A program made the translations under genes and the position numbers. This document shows, piece after piece, positions 1-13,182 of a stretch of DNA of 64,000 nucleotides. The stretch lies in the NCBI RefSeq assembly GCF_009914755.1, contig NC_060939.1; one strand, 5' to 3'. The number at the start of each line of letters is the position of its first letter. Position 1 is the first letter of the stretch. The notes below the pieces were generated by a model. The model did not search any database and was not told where the DNA came from. It saw only the letters and a program-made list of their open reading frames with translations. This DNA is from the human T2T-CHM13v2.0 reference genome, Homo sapiens.

Positions 1-669
1 GACTCTGTGCCTCCATCACACTTAAGCTGAACTTGTCAGAGGCAGGATTGGGTCCTTTCATCTCTGACCATCGTTCAGCTTCTAGCACAGCCCCTGGCTC
101 AAAAGAAGAGCTTTGCAAATGCTGCTTATAATTGAAACAGAGACCACTTTCTCACAGCAACCTCTGCAAAAGGAAATAATGTCCTGATAAACTCCATGTC
201 TTAGCTGAGGAGAAACTGAGGAAAATAGTGATGAAGCCAGAGCTAGAAGTAGGCTGCTACTGAATGTGTGGCCCCCTGATTCAATGAACCGAGGAATGTG
301 TGAGCACTTGTACCTCTACTTTGCTGCGAAAGTCCTCCTGTATTGAGCATGTGTGGCATGGTAGTTGTAAATATGCAACTGGCCCAATCATATTTTTCTT
401 CTGTCTCTAAAATTTTTTTTGCCCTATACAGTGTAGGAGGATCAGGTGACCAAGGTTTTTTAGAATTTTCCCTTTTTGGGATCTGACGCCGACACACTAT
501 TTTGAGGCAGTGACATCATCTCTTTCCTCTGGCGTGCCCTCCTTGCGGCTCCATCATTCAGGCCTTGTCATCTCTCACCTGGACTGCTGTGACCTTCATT
601 CATTCCCAGGAGAAGTCCAGGTACAGTAAGAATGAATCACCAGGGACCAGACCTGGACTGGGTAGGGGA

Positions 670-1010
670 GGGGTTGTTCAGAGACAGGCCTCCTTGAGGA
701 GTGATATTTGAGCAAAATCTAAATGACTGTAAGGAACTAATGAGGTGAAGAGAGAGAGGAGAGCTTTCTTGCCAGAGGACATAGCATATGCAAAGGTCCT
801 GGGGTCAGAACGGAACATAGTGTGTTCAAGAAACTGATAAGGCAGCATGGCTGCAGCCAGAGAGGTAGGCTGGAGAGGTAGGCAGTGGCCTGATCACACA
901 AGAACAAGTTGATGATGGCAGGGAACTCCAGGTTTGGGCTAAGAGGAAAGAAAATGTGTTAGAAGACAGAGGCAAGGGCTGGCCTTGTCTGATGTGGCTT
1001 CCGAGTGTGG
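670..1010 (-). mobile_element. L2 LINE fragment
   Basis: GA-rich L2-type phrases such as ggcctccttgaggagtgatatttgagc and agcatatgcaaaggtcctgggg; boundaries approximate. Confidence 0.6.
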
Positions 1011-1926
1011 AATGAGTGGGAAGGACAAGAGTGGAATGCAGGAAGGTCAGGGGCGTCCTGAGGCAGGCCAGCAGCAGAGCCCAGAAGATGGAGAGACCTC
1101 TCGGAGGTAGCAGCAGGGCTTGCTATTGGATTGGAGAAGCAGCAGCGGAGGCAGCGCTGCTGCCAGGCACCTGGATGAGTTCACCTAGGAGGACACATAT
1201 GATAGGAGGCTGCACAAGATGCCCTGAGGTCTGGAAGAGGAGGAAGAACAGGCAGAGGAGGCCTAGGAAGAGGGGCCTGAGGCAGGAGGTGAAGGACGTG
1301 GTCCTGGAAAACCAGGCGAAAATGCTTGAGACAGAGCAGGGGGCCACATCCCCATAGAAGGTCAGGGGCAGAAGAGCCACTGTTTGCCTTCACAAGAGTG
1401 GCCTTGTGACGATGGCAGCTCTCTAGTGGGGTGACAGACGAGAGAAGGTTGAAGGAAGCATGGGAGGCGAGGAACCAGCAAGGGGAAGCAGCTCTTTGGT
1501 GGTTTTGCTTCATGAAGGGGAGCGGATTACTTTTTCTTGTGTAATGGAAAATTCGGCCTTGGCTTTTGAGATTGATTTGAATTTTGATGTGTGTTATAGA
1601 ATGCGTTCATGTTTCTATGCTGCACCAGATGCCTGTCTTTTCCAAATGTGGCAAACCCTCAGCTGCATGGGGAAATCGAGGTGAGGGTCCTGTTCTTCAC
1701 GCCCATTTCAAATGAGTTCCTTGCCAGGCGCTGCTTGAGCTACCCGTGACAAACTGGAAACAAGAGGGGATGGATGACTTGTCCAGGATCCCTGGGTTTC
1801 CTTCTGAAGGGTGCGTAGGGCTGTGGGGTCCCAGGGCTGTGACAAATGGAGGGCACACTTCCCCGCTCAGGCGAAGCTTACCATCAGCGAGGAGGAAGTT
1901 GTTCCCTGTCAGGTCTGGGGTGGGCG

Positions 1927-3155
1927 GTGTGTGTGGTTTGTGTGTACGTGGTGTGTGTGTGTGTGTGTGTGTGTGTGGTGTGAGAGAGGTGTCTGTGGTA
2001 TGTGTATGAGTAGTGTGATGTGTGTTTATGGTGTGTGTGTGGTGTGTATGTTGGTTTGAGTGGTTTGTGTGGTGAGATTTCTGTGAGTGGTGCATGTGTG
2101 TGGTGTATGCATGGTGTGTTTATTGATGTGAATGGTGTGTGCATGTGTGGTTTGTGTTGTGTGTGGTGTGTGGGGGTGTGTGTATATGATTGGTGTATGA
2201 GCAATGTGTGTTGTGTTTGTGAATGATGTGTGATGTGTGTGCGTGGTGTGTGTGTGAGTGGTGTGTGTAGGTGTGTTGATGTGAGTGGTGTGTGTGTGGT
2301 GTGTGTGAATGCTTTGTATGAGTTGATGTGAGTGGTGTGAGTGGTGTGTGTGTGGTGTGTCCAAATGGTGTGTGTATGTGAATGGTGTGTATGTGTGTTG
2401 TGAGTGGTATATGTGTGGTGTGTGTGTGAATGGTGTGTATGTGTTGAGTGATGTGAGTGGTGTGTGTGGTGTGTTGGTGTGAATGCAAATGGTGTGTATG
2501 TATGTTGCTGTGAATGGTGGGGGAGTGTGGGTTGTGTGAGTGGTATGTGATGTGTTGTGTGTGAATGGTGTGTGTCGTGTGTGTGTGAATAGTGTGCATG
2601 TGTGTCGATGTGACTGATGTGTGTGTGGCATGTATGTGAGGGTGTGTACGTGTGTTGATGTGAGTGGTGTGTGTGATGTGTGTGAGTGTTGTGTATGTTG
2701 ATGTGAGTGGTGTGTATGGAGTGTGTGTGGTGTGTGTCACTGGTGTGTATATGTGTTGATGTGAGTGGTGTACGCAGGGTGTGTGGGGTGTGTGAGTGTT
2801 GTGTATGTGTGTTGAGAGTGGTGTGGAGGGGTGGGGTGTGTATGAGTGATGTGTATGTGTGTTGATATGGGGTGTGTGCAGGTGTTGTGTATATGTGTCG
2901 AGAGTGGTGTGGGGGTGTGTGGTGTGAGTGGTGTGTTTGTGTGTTGATGTGAGTGGTGTATGTGGAGTGTGTAGGGTGTGTGCAGGTGTCGTGTATGTGT
3001 GTTGAGAGCAGTGGGGATGTGTGTGGTGTGTGTGAGTGTTGTGTATGTGTGTTGATGTGAGTGACGTGTGTGGGGGTGTGTGGTGTGTGTGAGTGGTATG
3101 CATGTGTGTTGATGTGATGATGTGTGTGTGTGAGTGGTGTGTGACGTGTGTGTTG
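1927..3155. repeat. ~1.2-kb degenerate (TG)n / GT-rich simple repeat
   Basis: Almost entirely G/T; pure (GT)13 at 1951-1976; recurring unit gtgttgatgtgagtggtgtgt. Explains the His/Thr-rich and Val/Cys-rich pseudo-ORFs. Confidence 0.97.
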
Positions 3156-3609
3156 GTGCATGAAGCCCTGAGAGGAGGTGGGTGGGAGACAGGATGGAGG
3201 AGGCCGGTGCAGCATGGACTGGGTGCAGGCTCCCAGCTCAGGACTCAGCTCCGCACAGGGAGACCCGAGTGGGGTCTGCACTCCCTCCTGAGATCCGGGT
3301 GGGCCTGACAGCTGATGCAGAGACAGGACTCTGGGTAGAGGGACCACTGGAGGTCGGAACAGATGGAGCACCTCATCTCAGGCTCACGGGGTTTGCAGCT
3401 CCTCCTTCTGTCTCTGGCCACAGCCTCACGTGGGGGATCGTGTTACGAGTGGGGTGCTGAGGAGTCCAGAGGGCCTTCTGCCCCCTCTGCCCCTCTGATC
3501 TCTCTTGCACTCCTGTGAGTTAGAACCAGAAAAGCAACATTATCAAAGTGACTCAAGTCCTTACCATAGCAAAATGACTCTAAGTGGTGTTAGCATCTGT
3601 GTGTGTGTA

Positions 3610-3775
3610 TTTTTATTGAACACTTACATGTGCTTACGCTGTGCCAGGCATCATTCTAAGTGCTTTACAACGATTAGCTTCTTTAATCCTCATAACTCCA
3701 GGAGGTGCGTTGCTATCCCCATTTTGCAGATAGAAAACCAAGGCACAGAGAGGCTAAGTAATTTGCTCAAGGGTT
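3610..3775 (-). mobile_element. MIR SINE
   Basis: MIR core: ccccattttgcagatagaaaaccaaggcacagagaggctaagtaatttgctcaagg. Confidence 0.8.
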
Positions 3776-4736
3776 ATATAAAGATCACACGTACATACAG
3801 GTATAATGTCTGCTTGGAAAAGACGTTCTGTTCTAGGCGAAAGTAACAGAGGAGAAGGAACATTTCTTCTACTAGACATGATAAATAATTGGCTTTCCTT
3901 AATACTTACAATAACCGTGTGATGTAAGTATTTTCCTGATCTTATAGAGGGGGAGACTGAAACTTAGCGAGGTTCAATAGCTTGCGCACGGACCCCATGG
4001 CTAGATGGAGTGACCCCAAAGCATGAACATGTCCTACGTGCCATACAACTTTCATCTGGGCCTGTGATTGAGAATCGTGGCCTTAGCACATCTCTTGCCA
4101 CCCCAGGGAAGGATCTGCCTAGCCACCTGGCCTCCGCCTGGGCACCACAAGGGACAGGGACCCCACAGTGGGTGGCCAAACACGTAAGAGCCTGCTCTGC
4201 CCTTCACTAGCCATGTTACAGGGTACAGGGCTGACCGGTCCCTGCCGAGTTTCCTAATCTGTAAAATGGGATGAATTTCCATTTACTTTATAGGGTGGAT
4301 GTAAAGCTTGTGCAAAGAAGATGGCAGAGTGCTGGAAACACAGTCAGTACCCAACATAAATCTTAGTTTAGGTAAAATTTTATCATTGTTCTTAAGCCAA
4401 TCCGTCCCATTATTGGACACTTACTATTTAAAAAGGGCTTCCCCTTCCTCTGTCTCTGTCTCATTCATTCATTGCTTCCAGTTCTCACCAGTTATATATA
4501 CTTTCTCCTGTGTCTTCCACATGAAACCCTTTAAAAAGTATTATTCTATTTGTGATCACTCAATTGACATATCATTAAATTAACACATGCATTGGGAGAA
4601 AATTAGAATATTCAAAAAAACAAGAAGAGCTTTTAGGATAAAATAAAACCCACCTATAATTCTCACAACAGGAATAGCCAAGTTTAACATATTAGTGTGT
4701 TTCTATCTGCCTTCTAGTCTTTTTTCTGTGCATATA

Positions 4737-4758
4737 ACACACACACACACACACACAC
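4737..4758. repeat. (AC)11 microsatellite
   Basis: Directly visible. Confidence 0.95.
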
Positions 4759-5882
4759 CCTTCCTCTCATCTCCCATCACAGCAAGGGAGAAGCTATGTC
4801 TGTGTTAGGTCCAGGACAGTGGGGAGTGTGTTTGCTGTGTGTCAGGGGTGTACATGTGCATGAATATTCTAATGTCTGTTGACACAGACTGCTGAGCTCT
4901 CCTCTGGAAAGGCTCTACTCATGAATACCCACAGCTGCAGGGTATGGTGGTGGCTGCACAGCCACCCTGGAGGTATCCAAAGTGTGATTTCCTCCCTATA
5001 CAGTGCAGTGTTCAGTTCTCTTGGTGAGTGAAATTCAGAAACCCTGGAGCACATCATCAACTGGCTTGCAGGGCTGCTCTTCATCTGAAGGTTTAGCCAA
5101 CTTTGCTCTATTGATACCAGGCCTTGTCTTTGGGACTGTCACCTCCAACCTGAACAGGGACCTTCCTAAGCCACCTTCTTTGGATGGACATCCCAAGAAC
5201 TTTGCTTGCTTCGACTTGAGTCACAGAGAAAAGATGCCAGATTTGGGAAGCGGGTGCCAGACTTTTCCAGGGAAGGCTGACAGCTGATCACATTATAGAT
5301 ACGGACATAGATTGCAGAGGAGAGAGACTTGTTTTTTCACTTTTGTTTGAATTTATTAAGGGTGGCTCCTAAAAATCAATATTAGAGAAAATATTTTATC
5401 TTTAAAGTCAATGTTAGTCTCATCGATTGCATTTTCTGTTTGGCTTATTTAGTATCCAGAACACTTAATTACAAAAAATAGCATTTGATAAAATGAGGCA
5501 TCCATTCCTTAAATAAACTTTTTAAAGTAGACATAGGAGCAGATTCCTTGACAACAGAAACAGTGTCTGTCTTAAACCAGCAGCTCATTCCAGTTAAATG
5601 CAAGGCTCAAGCAAGATTGCTTACCATCAGCATAATCATGATCATTTTAATTATTGTTGCTTGAGTGTTTTTTTTTCCCAAGCACTATGTTAGGCTCATC
5701 ACATACCTTGTCCTTAATTTTTAAAATGCCCCTTCAAGGTACATATTATGAACATTTCACAGCTGACACTTTGACCTAGAGTAGCCCCGTCACTCATAGC
5801 TGGGAGGTGTTTGAGTTGTGATTTGAAACCAGATATATCTGACTGCAAAGTAGTGACTTTCTTTTACCTCATGATAGGTCAT

Positions 5883-5976
5883 TTTTACTCAATATTGCTC
5901 TGAAAGTTCTGGCCAATGAAATAGGACGTGAAAATAAGAAACTAGACATGAAATCAGACAAGAAAAAGAAAGATCA
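5883..5976 (+). mobile_element. Old L1 ORF2 fragment
   Basis: tcaatattgctctgaaagttctggccaatgaaatagg resembles the L1 ttcaacatagtactggaagtcctagccagagcaat segment. Confidence 0.55.
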
Positions 5977-6296
5977 CTTGTGGGCACCCACGCAGGTCAT
6001 CTAATCTCTCTTTGCCTTGCTCCCTTCATCTGTTGGAGGAAAGAAAGGACTTGGTTTTCAGTGTTCCTCATCCTTTGCCCCACCAGCCAAGGTTTTGGGG
6101 AGCTTTACTTTTTTCAACTTATATTGCCAAAACTATCGGCATTTTTGTTTTACCCAAATTAAATTCAGGTGATTGGAACGGGGAAGGGATGACAACATTT
6201 CTAGGATTACCAACAATGGCTAAGATCTCTTCCAGCCTGAAATTTCCTCAACTCGAAGGCAGGAATGAGGTAATGGCTTTAAAATACCAAAACTTG

Positions 6297-6638
<342 letters not shown>

Positions 6639-8474
6639 TTAGCTGAGCAGGTGATCCATTTTTAAAGTTTCCACAATTAGAGATATTTATGATATACTGG
6701 GATAACCGAAGTTAAGCAATCCTCTTTATATAGGTAGGACTTGTCAATATGTTTTTAGTGGATGTTGGAATCTCCAAGAAAGGGGGTAAGTGCACAGCTT
6801 TTTTCTTAACTTATTTGACCATGGAACTCTGTTTCTTGGAGAATCTTAAGGGGCTGCTGTTCTGTGGAACTTATTTTAGAAAGTAGTGACTTTCATTGTC
6901 ATCTGTCTTTGCTGTAACAGTGATTCTGCCCTTCAGTTTGGGGACATAATGGACTCAATGTGTTTTAGCCTCCATTTCAGAAAAATATAAATATTTTATC
7001 AAAGCAGGCAGATGATAAAGTTGTTGGGTTATTGCTTTTAATACTGTCTAGCTGTCACAAACTCAGTTGTCTAAAGGGGAGAGAATTACTTTAAGAGGAG
7101 GATTTTTTTTTTCTTTGAGGACTTTTTGATGTGTACCTTGGTTTAAAAAACAAAACAAAAGTGTAATCATTCCCCAAGTTTTGTGGACATAGCAAGATGA
7201 CTAAATTAAGCTTTTGTTTATTGTGAAATTGTATTGTGTATTGTAAAATTCTTCTTCAAGAGTTTTGAGTGGGATAGTTCAAGTTGAGCTTCAAATGTGT
7301 TTATTAAACATACAGTGTTTTGGGGCGTAACTGTGGGTCAACTGTCACAGGACTCCCTGAGTTCTACTGAAAGGAAACAGAGCAGTAGCCTACACCAACC
7401 ATGCACTGTCAACATCACCAGGCATCTCTCTCCACTAAGAAGGGCCCAGATTCCTTATGTATCCTGACCCATCTTTTATATATATTTTTGTAGATTGCTG
7501 CTTCCCTTCTTCCCCTGGGTAAAAGTTGAGCTAAGAAAAGCTAACACTGTGGAAGTCGTTCCCAACCACGGTAAACAGAATCACAGAGGCCACTTGAAAC
7601 ATTTGTCGAGTCATGGAATGGTCTGGGAAAGGGTGCCTGAGCTTAGGAGCTCTCCGTTAAGTAGGAAAGAGAGACTGCTTAGTGTGGTTTCTTTGAAATC
7701 AGGGATGCTTAACATGACCTTAACGAGCTTCCAAAATTATCTGGCTTATAAGAAATAATGTCTTGGCCACAATGTGCAGGAAAGGTACTCTTATTTAGTA
7801 ATAGACCTTCTTATTCTTTAAATTAATATTTATTCCTGAAAAGGTCCAGCTCTGGAGATCCAGGAAGCCTCAGCCTGGCCTGCTATAGCCTGAAGTGATG
7901 CTTTTAACACCCTAGAGCTCACTGTCTTCGTCAATAACAGAGGGGCCAAGCAGGGCTCAGATACTCAGGGCTTCTGAGTCCAGAGTAGGCGTGGCAACCA
8001 GCCTTTCTGCTTGAACACGAACCTAGGGCAACGGAGGGGCAGTGGCGGGCACTGCAGCAGGGCGTTGCCTCTCAGGGCGTGTGCCCCATCTGGGTTACCA
8101 GGAGTTGGTTCTTTCCCTCAGGCCTTAGCTGTGCCGCTCGGATTCCTCTGCATCTTACCTGCCTCCAGGTGGTCAGGAGACAGGAGTCCCTTATGAAAGC
8201 TGCTAAGCTCTTTTAATTCTGTTTAATTCTGTGGTTAAACTGTTTAACCACTGTTCCAATCAGTAAATATGAGAGTACTGCCAGAGATACCCTTTTCCAG
8301 AGAAAGAGGAAAGACTTGCCCCAGCCACATAGCTGATGATGGCAGAGCGGCCGCAGGATGCAGGTCCCTGGGCTCTCTGCGCAGGTGGTGCTTCTGGTAC
8401 CGTATCACAACTTTCTTGCCCGTTACTGGGCTTTTCTGGCATTGACAAAACCTCTTGTCTTTGCTGAATTCCAG

Positions 8475-8589
8475 AAATGGCTTCAGACATACCTGGATCT
8501 GTGACGTTGCCCGTTGCCCCCATGGCGGCCACCGGACAGGTGAGGATGGCGGGGGCCATGCCTGCCCGTGGAGGAAAGCGGCGTTCCGG
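8475..8589 (+). CDS. ARNT2: ARNT2 coding exon 2 (115 nt, phase 1 to 2): (E)MASDIPGSVTLPVAPMAATGQVRMAGAMPARGGKRRS(G)
   Basis: Acceptor ttccag at 8469-8474, donor GG|gtaagc at 8590, CpG-rich. In-frame ATG at 8477 is a possible start for a shorter isoform. Not reported on + by the ORF track. Confidence 0.96.
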
Positions 8590-9218
8590 GTAAGCGACCT
8601 CAGCGTTTCCAGGAATTGGCTTAATAAATGTTGAGCAATGCTCTTGACCTGTTAGGAAAATATTGTTTCTCCCCTTCCTGTAGAATAAAAGCTCAGCAGT
8701 TTGCATCCTGTTTAACTTTTACAAGATTCCTAAATATGCACATGATTTGCTTCTAAGTGTTTTGGGCCTCGGCACCCAGCTGGGGACTTCTGTTTGCTTG
8801 TCCTTGTGGTGAGAATGTGCTTTGTGATCCTGCTGGGCCTGGCTCAGGCCATCTGAAGGGAGAGGGCTCACCCGTTATCCTGCCTGAGCCTCCAAGCCAG
8901 ATTTGGCAGCACTGCTGCGCTGAGCTCTAGCCCCTGTGGGCTGCAAAGATTCCACCCTGGTGCTGTCCATTCTTTCCTCCTTCAGAGATGGTGTGCAGGA
9001 ATTCCTTTCAAAATAATTGGCTAAATCTCAGTGCTTGAAGACCAGACAGTTGGCATTGTCTGCTGCTCTGCTGGTGAAGGTGGTAATAATACTAAGTACT
9101 TTTGTTCCAAGTGTACTTGTTCTGATAGGGCCAGAAATGTCATCACTCTTGAGCAGATGGAACCAAAACTGCACCTATTCATGATCCATAATGTTTGTGG
9201 CTGTACACAGACCTGAAA

Positions 9219-9378
9219 AACCAACCAACCAACCAACTAACCAACCAACCAACCAACCAACTACCCACCAACCATCCAACCAACCAACCAATCAACCAAC
9301 TAACCAACCAATCAACCAACCAACCAACCAACCAATCAACCAACCAACCAACTACCCACCAACCATCCAACCAACCAA
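9219..9378. repeat. Interrupted (AACC)n tetranucleotide repeat
   Basis: About 160 bp of aacc units with aact/aatc/atcc variants. Confidence 0.95.
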
Positions 9379-10534
9379 AATCCTGCAGGAAAAACATGAT
9401 GGACATTTTCAGACTCAAGATATCACCTAGCCCCTTTCTCCTGTTGAATCTATTTTATTTTCGATGCACTATTTGATAAACAAGGTTTCTCATGAAGTTG
9501 AATCAATTTGTACTTTTAAAGCAATTTCTGATAACACACAGCTCCTTGGGAATGCAACTGTCTGGTTACAGCAGAACCCACTTCTCACAGCCCAAGGCCT
9601 GCAGGGTGTGCCCGTTTTTAGGTGGTCCAATATGATTCTTAAAGGGGGCATAAGTGGAGGCAATGGGAAGTATCAGGATCTGGGATGGAGTGTGGCTAGA
9701 ATGCAAAAGCATATTCAGCCTTGTAATTTTAGGTTGGAAAAAAGACTGTTATGTGTGTTGTATAGTCTCTAAAGGAGGGCCTGAGATTTTTATGATGAGG
9801 GAGAGGGTTAAAAAGCCCAGCAGCAGAGCTCAGTGGTTATGCCAGCTTTCCCTGTATTCAGCACGCTCACTTGCACTCGCTGGGTGCTGATACAGCCACT
9901 TCTCTCTCTGCAGCTGCCACCATCTTTACAGCAGAACCAGCAGAGCTATAATGAGCAGTGTTGGTGCCTGGGGCAAAGCTCCACAGATCAACTCTGTAAT
10001 AAATGATGTGGCTCACCGCTGGGGCTTCCTGCAAACCCAGCCATCCGATTTCAACCAGCCATTCTTGCTAACTAGGTGCTAAACTCAGCAGTTGCTAAAA
10101 GAAGACAAGAGGTGTCAACTTAATTGATTTTTTTTACAATTCCAGGCCTTTTAAAATTATTTTAAATGTCTATGTGCACTCTAACTCGCATTCCCTGAGG
10201 ACAGAGCCCCATTGCTTGCCCAAGTCCTTTTCCAGAAGAGGCCAGCACAGGGCTCTGTGAGGAGGGAGGTGGGCTGAGTCAGGACCAAGTCCAGGCAGAG
10301 ATGCTCAGGCCCAGCCTAGTACTTACAGGACCAGAAACCGTCTCTGTGCTGGGAAGTCGCCTCTGAGCCTCTGCCAGGAGTTTCCTCTTCCCCTCCCGTA
10401 GGGCCTGGGCTGCGGTGAGCCGAGGCTACTTCCCTCCTCGGCCTCCATGTTTCTGACCCCAGCCTGGTGTCCACACCCTGATTTGTGGTTGCTCCCCGAG
10501 CTGATGATTTGACTGGGGACCCAGTCCCATTTCT

Positions 10535-10667
10535 TTTTATTTTATTTTTAGAGACAGGGTCTCGCTCTGTGGCCCAGGGTGGTCTTGAACTCCTGGCCTC
10601 AAGCAATCCTCACACCTTGGCCTCCCAAAGTGTTGGGACGACAGGCATGAGCCACTGCATCTAGCTT
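10535..10667 (-). mobile_element. FLAM_C-like free left Alu monomer
   Basis: About 130-bp monomer with T-rich tail; perfect 13-bp TSD cagtcccatttct at 10522-10534 and 10668-10680. Confidence 0.88.
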
Positions 10668-13182
10668 CAGTCCCATTTCTGAAGAAGTCCTGCACCACTG
10701 TGCTTTCCTTCCCGGGTCACACACACAGCGTGGCACTGGAGGCAGATGTGGATCCTGAGCAGGCAGAGACAGAGCCTAGCATGGAGTTCCACTTAAAGCC
10801 AAGGGAATGAAACATCAAGAAAAGCAATGAGAGAGGAAGGAGGATGAGCAGCAATTGCTGACAAATCACCCAGGGGCAAGGGCAGGACCTGTGGAAGGCA
10901 AATCAATGGGCTTGACCTCTCTAGGGTGCTTGTCCTCCACCATCCTCACTCCTACTTCCTTTTCCCTGCCGGAGGGAGGGGGCACACAAACCATGATTCC
11001 ACTTGCCAAGCCTCAATGGCTTAGAGATGTATCCTGTGTCTAAGCAAAGAAACCTCCATTTTTACAGGGCCGTTTCCATAGTAATTCTTGCATCTGACGT
11101 TTTTACATGTTTTGCTGAAATTCTATGACTGAGGCCTCCGCTGTTCTAGAAGCTCATGATAATAGCTCCTTCAACCACAGCCTAAACACTTAACTAAGTA
11201 CAAAGGAGACCCTGATGGAAGTCACTCACTCTCATCGAAATGCAGGTAACCCCATGGCAGGCCCCTGCTCCTGTGCCATGGCACGCATTTCCCACTGCCC
11301 TCCCTACTGATGGCATGGTGTTCTTCCACCTCCCTTTTCCATCTGAGAATGTGGGACATGGTGGAGAGACTCAGAGAGAGAGGGGAAAGAAGAGAGAGGA
11401 GGAATGGGGGTGGTGGAAGGGGGTAGTGGCATTGGCAAGGACCTTCCCACACCCCCATTCCTTGCCTAGGTCTTCCCACTCTGACCTGATTATTCTGATG
11501 GAGGGAAGTATCCCAAATTTCCAGGATAACCCCCCTTCCCACCCTAGTGTTCCAAAGTCAATTAGAACCAATGTCTTGCAGTTGGGATCCTCCAGGCCTC
11601 CCGCCGGGCCTAGCACTGTGGATCTTCATGGTTTAACTTTCTTCCCATTTCCCTGACAGCCTTCATCAGTAAGTGTCTTAGCGAGCTGCCTGCTCTCCCA
11701 GCATTTGGGACTCAAGGTGGAGGTTCCAAAGTCCCAGATTCTTTCAAAAGTGATTCCACATGCGTGGGAGAAATGAGCTGAAGCAAGTCACCTGGAATGC
11801 ATGTTTGTAGTAACCTCCCTGATCTCAGTGACAGGGTGGTGAGGGGTGGGGGGCTTCACTGGGGCAAATTCAGTTGGGGGAAGCAGCAGTGGCTAGTTAG
11901 GGTTTGTGCCCATCTCAAAGCCAGCTTTTGATGGGTTGGAGGGTGGAGGCTGAGGGCAGGGATGTGTCAGTCCCTTTCCACTTGGAGTCCAATGCTGGGC
12001 TTCTAAAATAGCATCACTGAGGAAAAACTATTTTCAAGTTACTTATAGCCAATGGACTATTTTCAAGTTACTTGTAGCCATCTCCCTCTAAGGTAACCCT
12101 GGGAGCTGCTGGAATGTGGTCAAATTGCAGGTATATTTATGTAAGCAGCTGTTTCTCTTGGTGAACTTTTATGTGCTAGCATTGCTGCAGTCTGGGCTGG
12201 CCAGTCCAGGCTCTGAAGGAGGAGCATTTTCCAGCAGCCCTTGACACTTCACTTGTTGCAGAAGCTTTGGGTTGGCCCAGGATCACTCCTTTACTGTCAC
12301 TGTGGGACCAGCCCTTTTATCTCACTAGAGCATAAGTGACTTCTGTTTAGAGGCTCATATTTGATGAAGCATTATTATGATTACAGTCACCGTCAGGGAG
12401 CTTCACTTCACTCACAACTAACTGCAAGTTCAGAAATGCTTATCATGGCTTTCTGTCGAGGCAGGCATTCAGGCTCATCGACGGAAAAGTACAGTAAAAT
12501 GCATTTTCAGCCCCCTTTTTGAAGACTCTTCTATCATCCATTCACTGTGTTGAATTAAAGTGAGTACAATAGGACTTAAAAGTCATATTTTGATTTCTCT
12601 CCTTTATTATCCAGATGCTGCTGTGTAATAGAGACACATACAAGATATAAAACAAAGGATGATTTACTTAGACTTATAGAAAAGAAATAGGCACAGCTTA
12701 TGGTAGTCCTATGTAAAGTAGAGAATCCGAGATGGTGATAGCAGTCCAAAGCAGCAGCATCTTGGCAGGTGTGGCTCTAAAAGATCCTTTGTGTCCTCCA
12801 GGGTTGCATTGTTTTCCATGTTGCTGATGAGCCAGTGAGACTGTTTTCGGGTGGATTGAGTCATCCTGAGTATTTAAACATTTGTGTCCTGATTTACCTC
12901 CTGGTTCGCCTCCGAATTCCTAGAGCTGATGGCTGTACACATGCACAGGTGTGAGGCACAGGATCTGGGTCCCTAATTTTCCCAGACAAATGCTGGTTCC
13001 CAAGTTCCCGGCGGACTTCAGAAGACTCTGGCTCTGGAGCAAGGCCATCTCTTTCTCATACCCTCTGCTTGATTGAGCCACAGCTGACCTGGCCAGCGTG
13101 GTATTATTTACCATGGGGCTCACTTCCTTATCTGTCTGGTCCCACAAAGGGCTGGGTAAAGAACAGAACTCTTTGCAAAAAC

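Noticed and set aside
1884-3371. 495-aa, 327-aa and 201-aa His/Thr-rich ORFs on the minus strand
   Set aside because: Artefacts of the (CA)-rich repeat, which rarely contains stop codons on that strand.
8260-8706. 148-aa antisense ORF over exon 2
   Set aside because: Shadow of a GC-rich coding exon; no recognisable domain or independent gene signals.
9179-9476. NQPT-repeat and WLVG-repeat ORFs
   Set aside because: Translations of the (AACC)n repeat.
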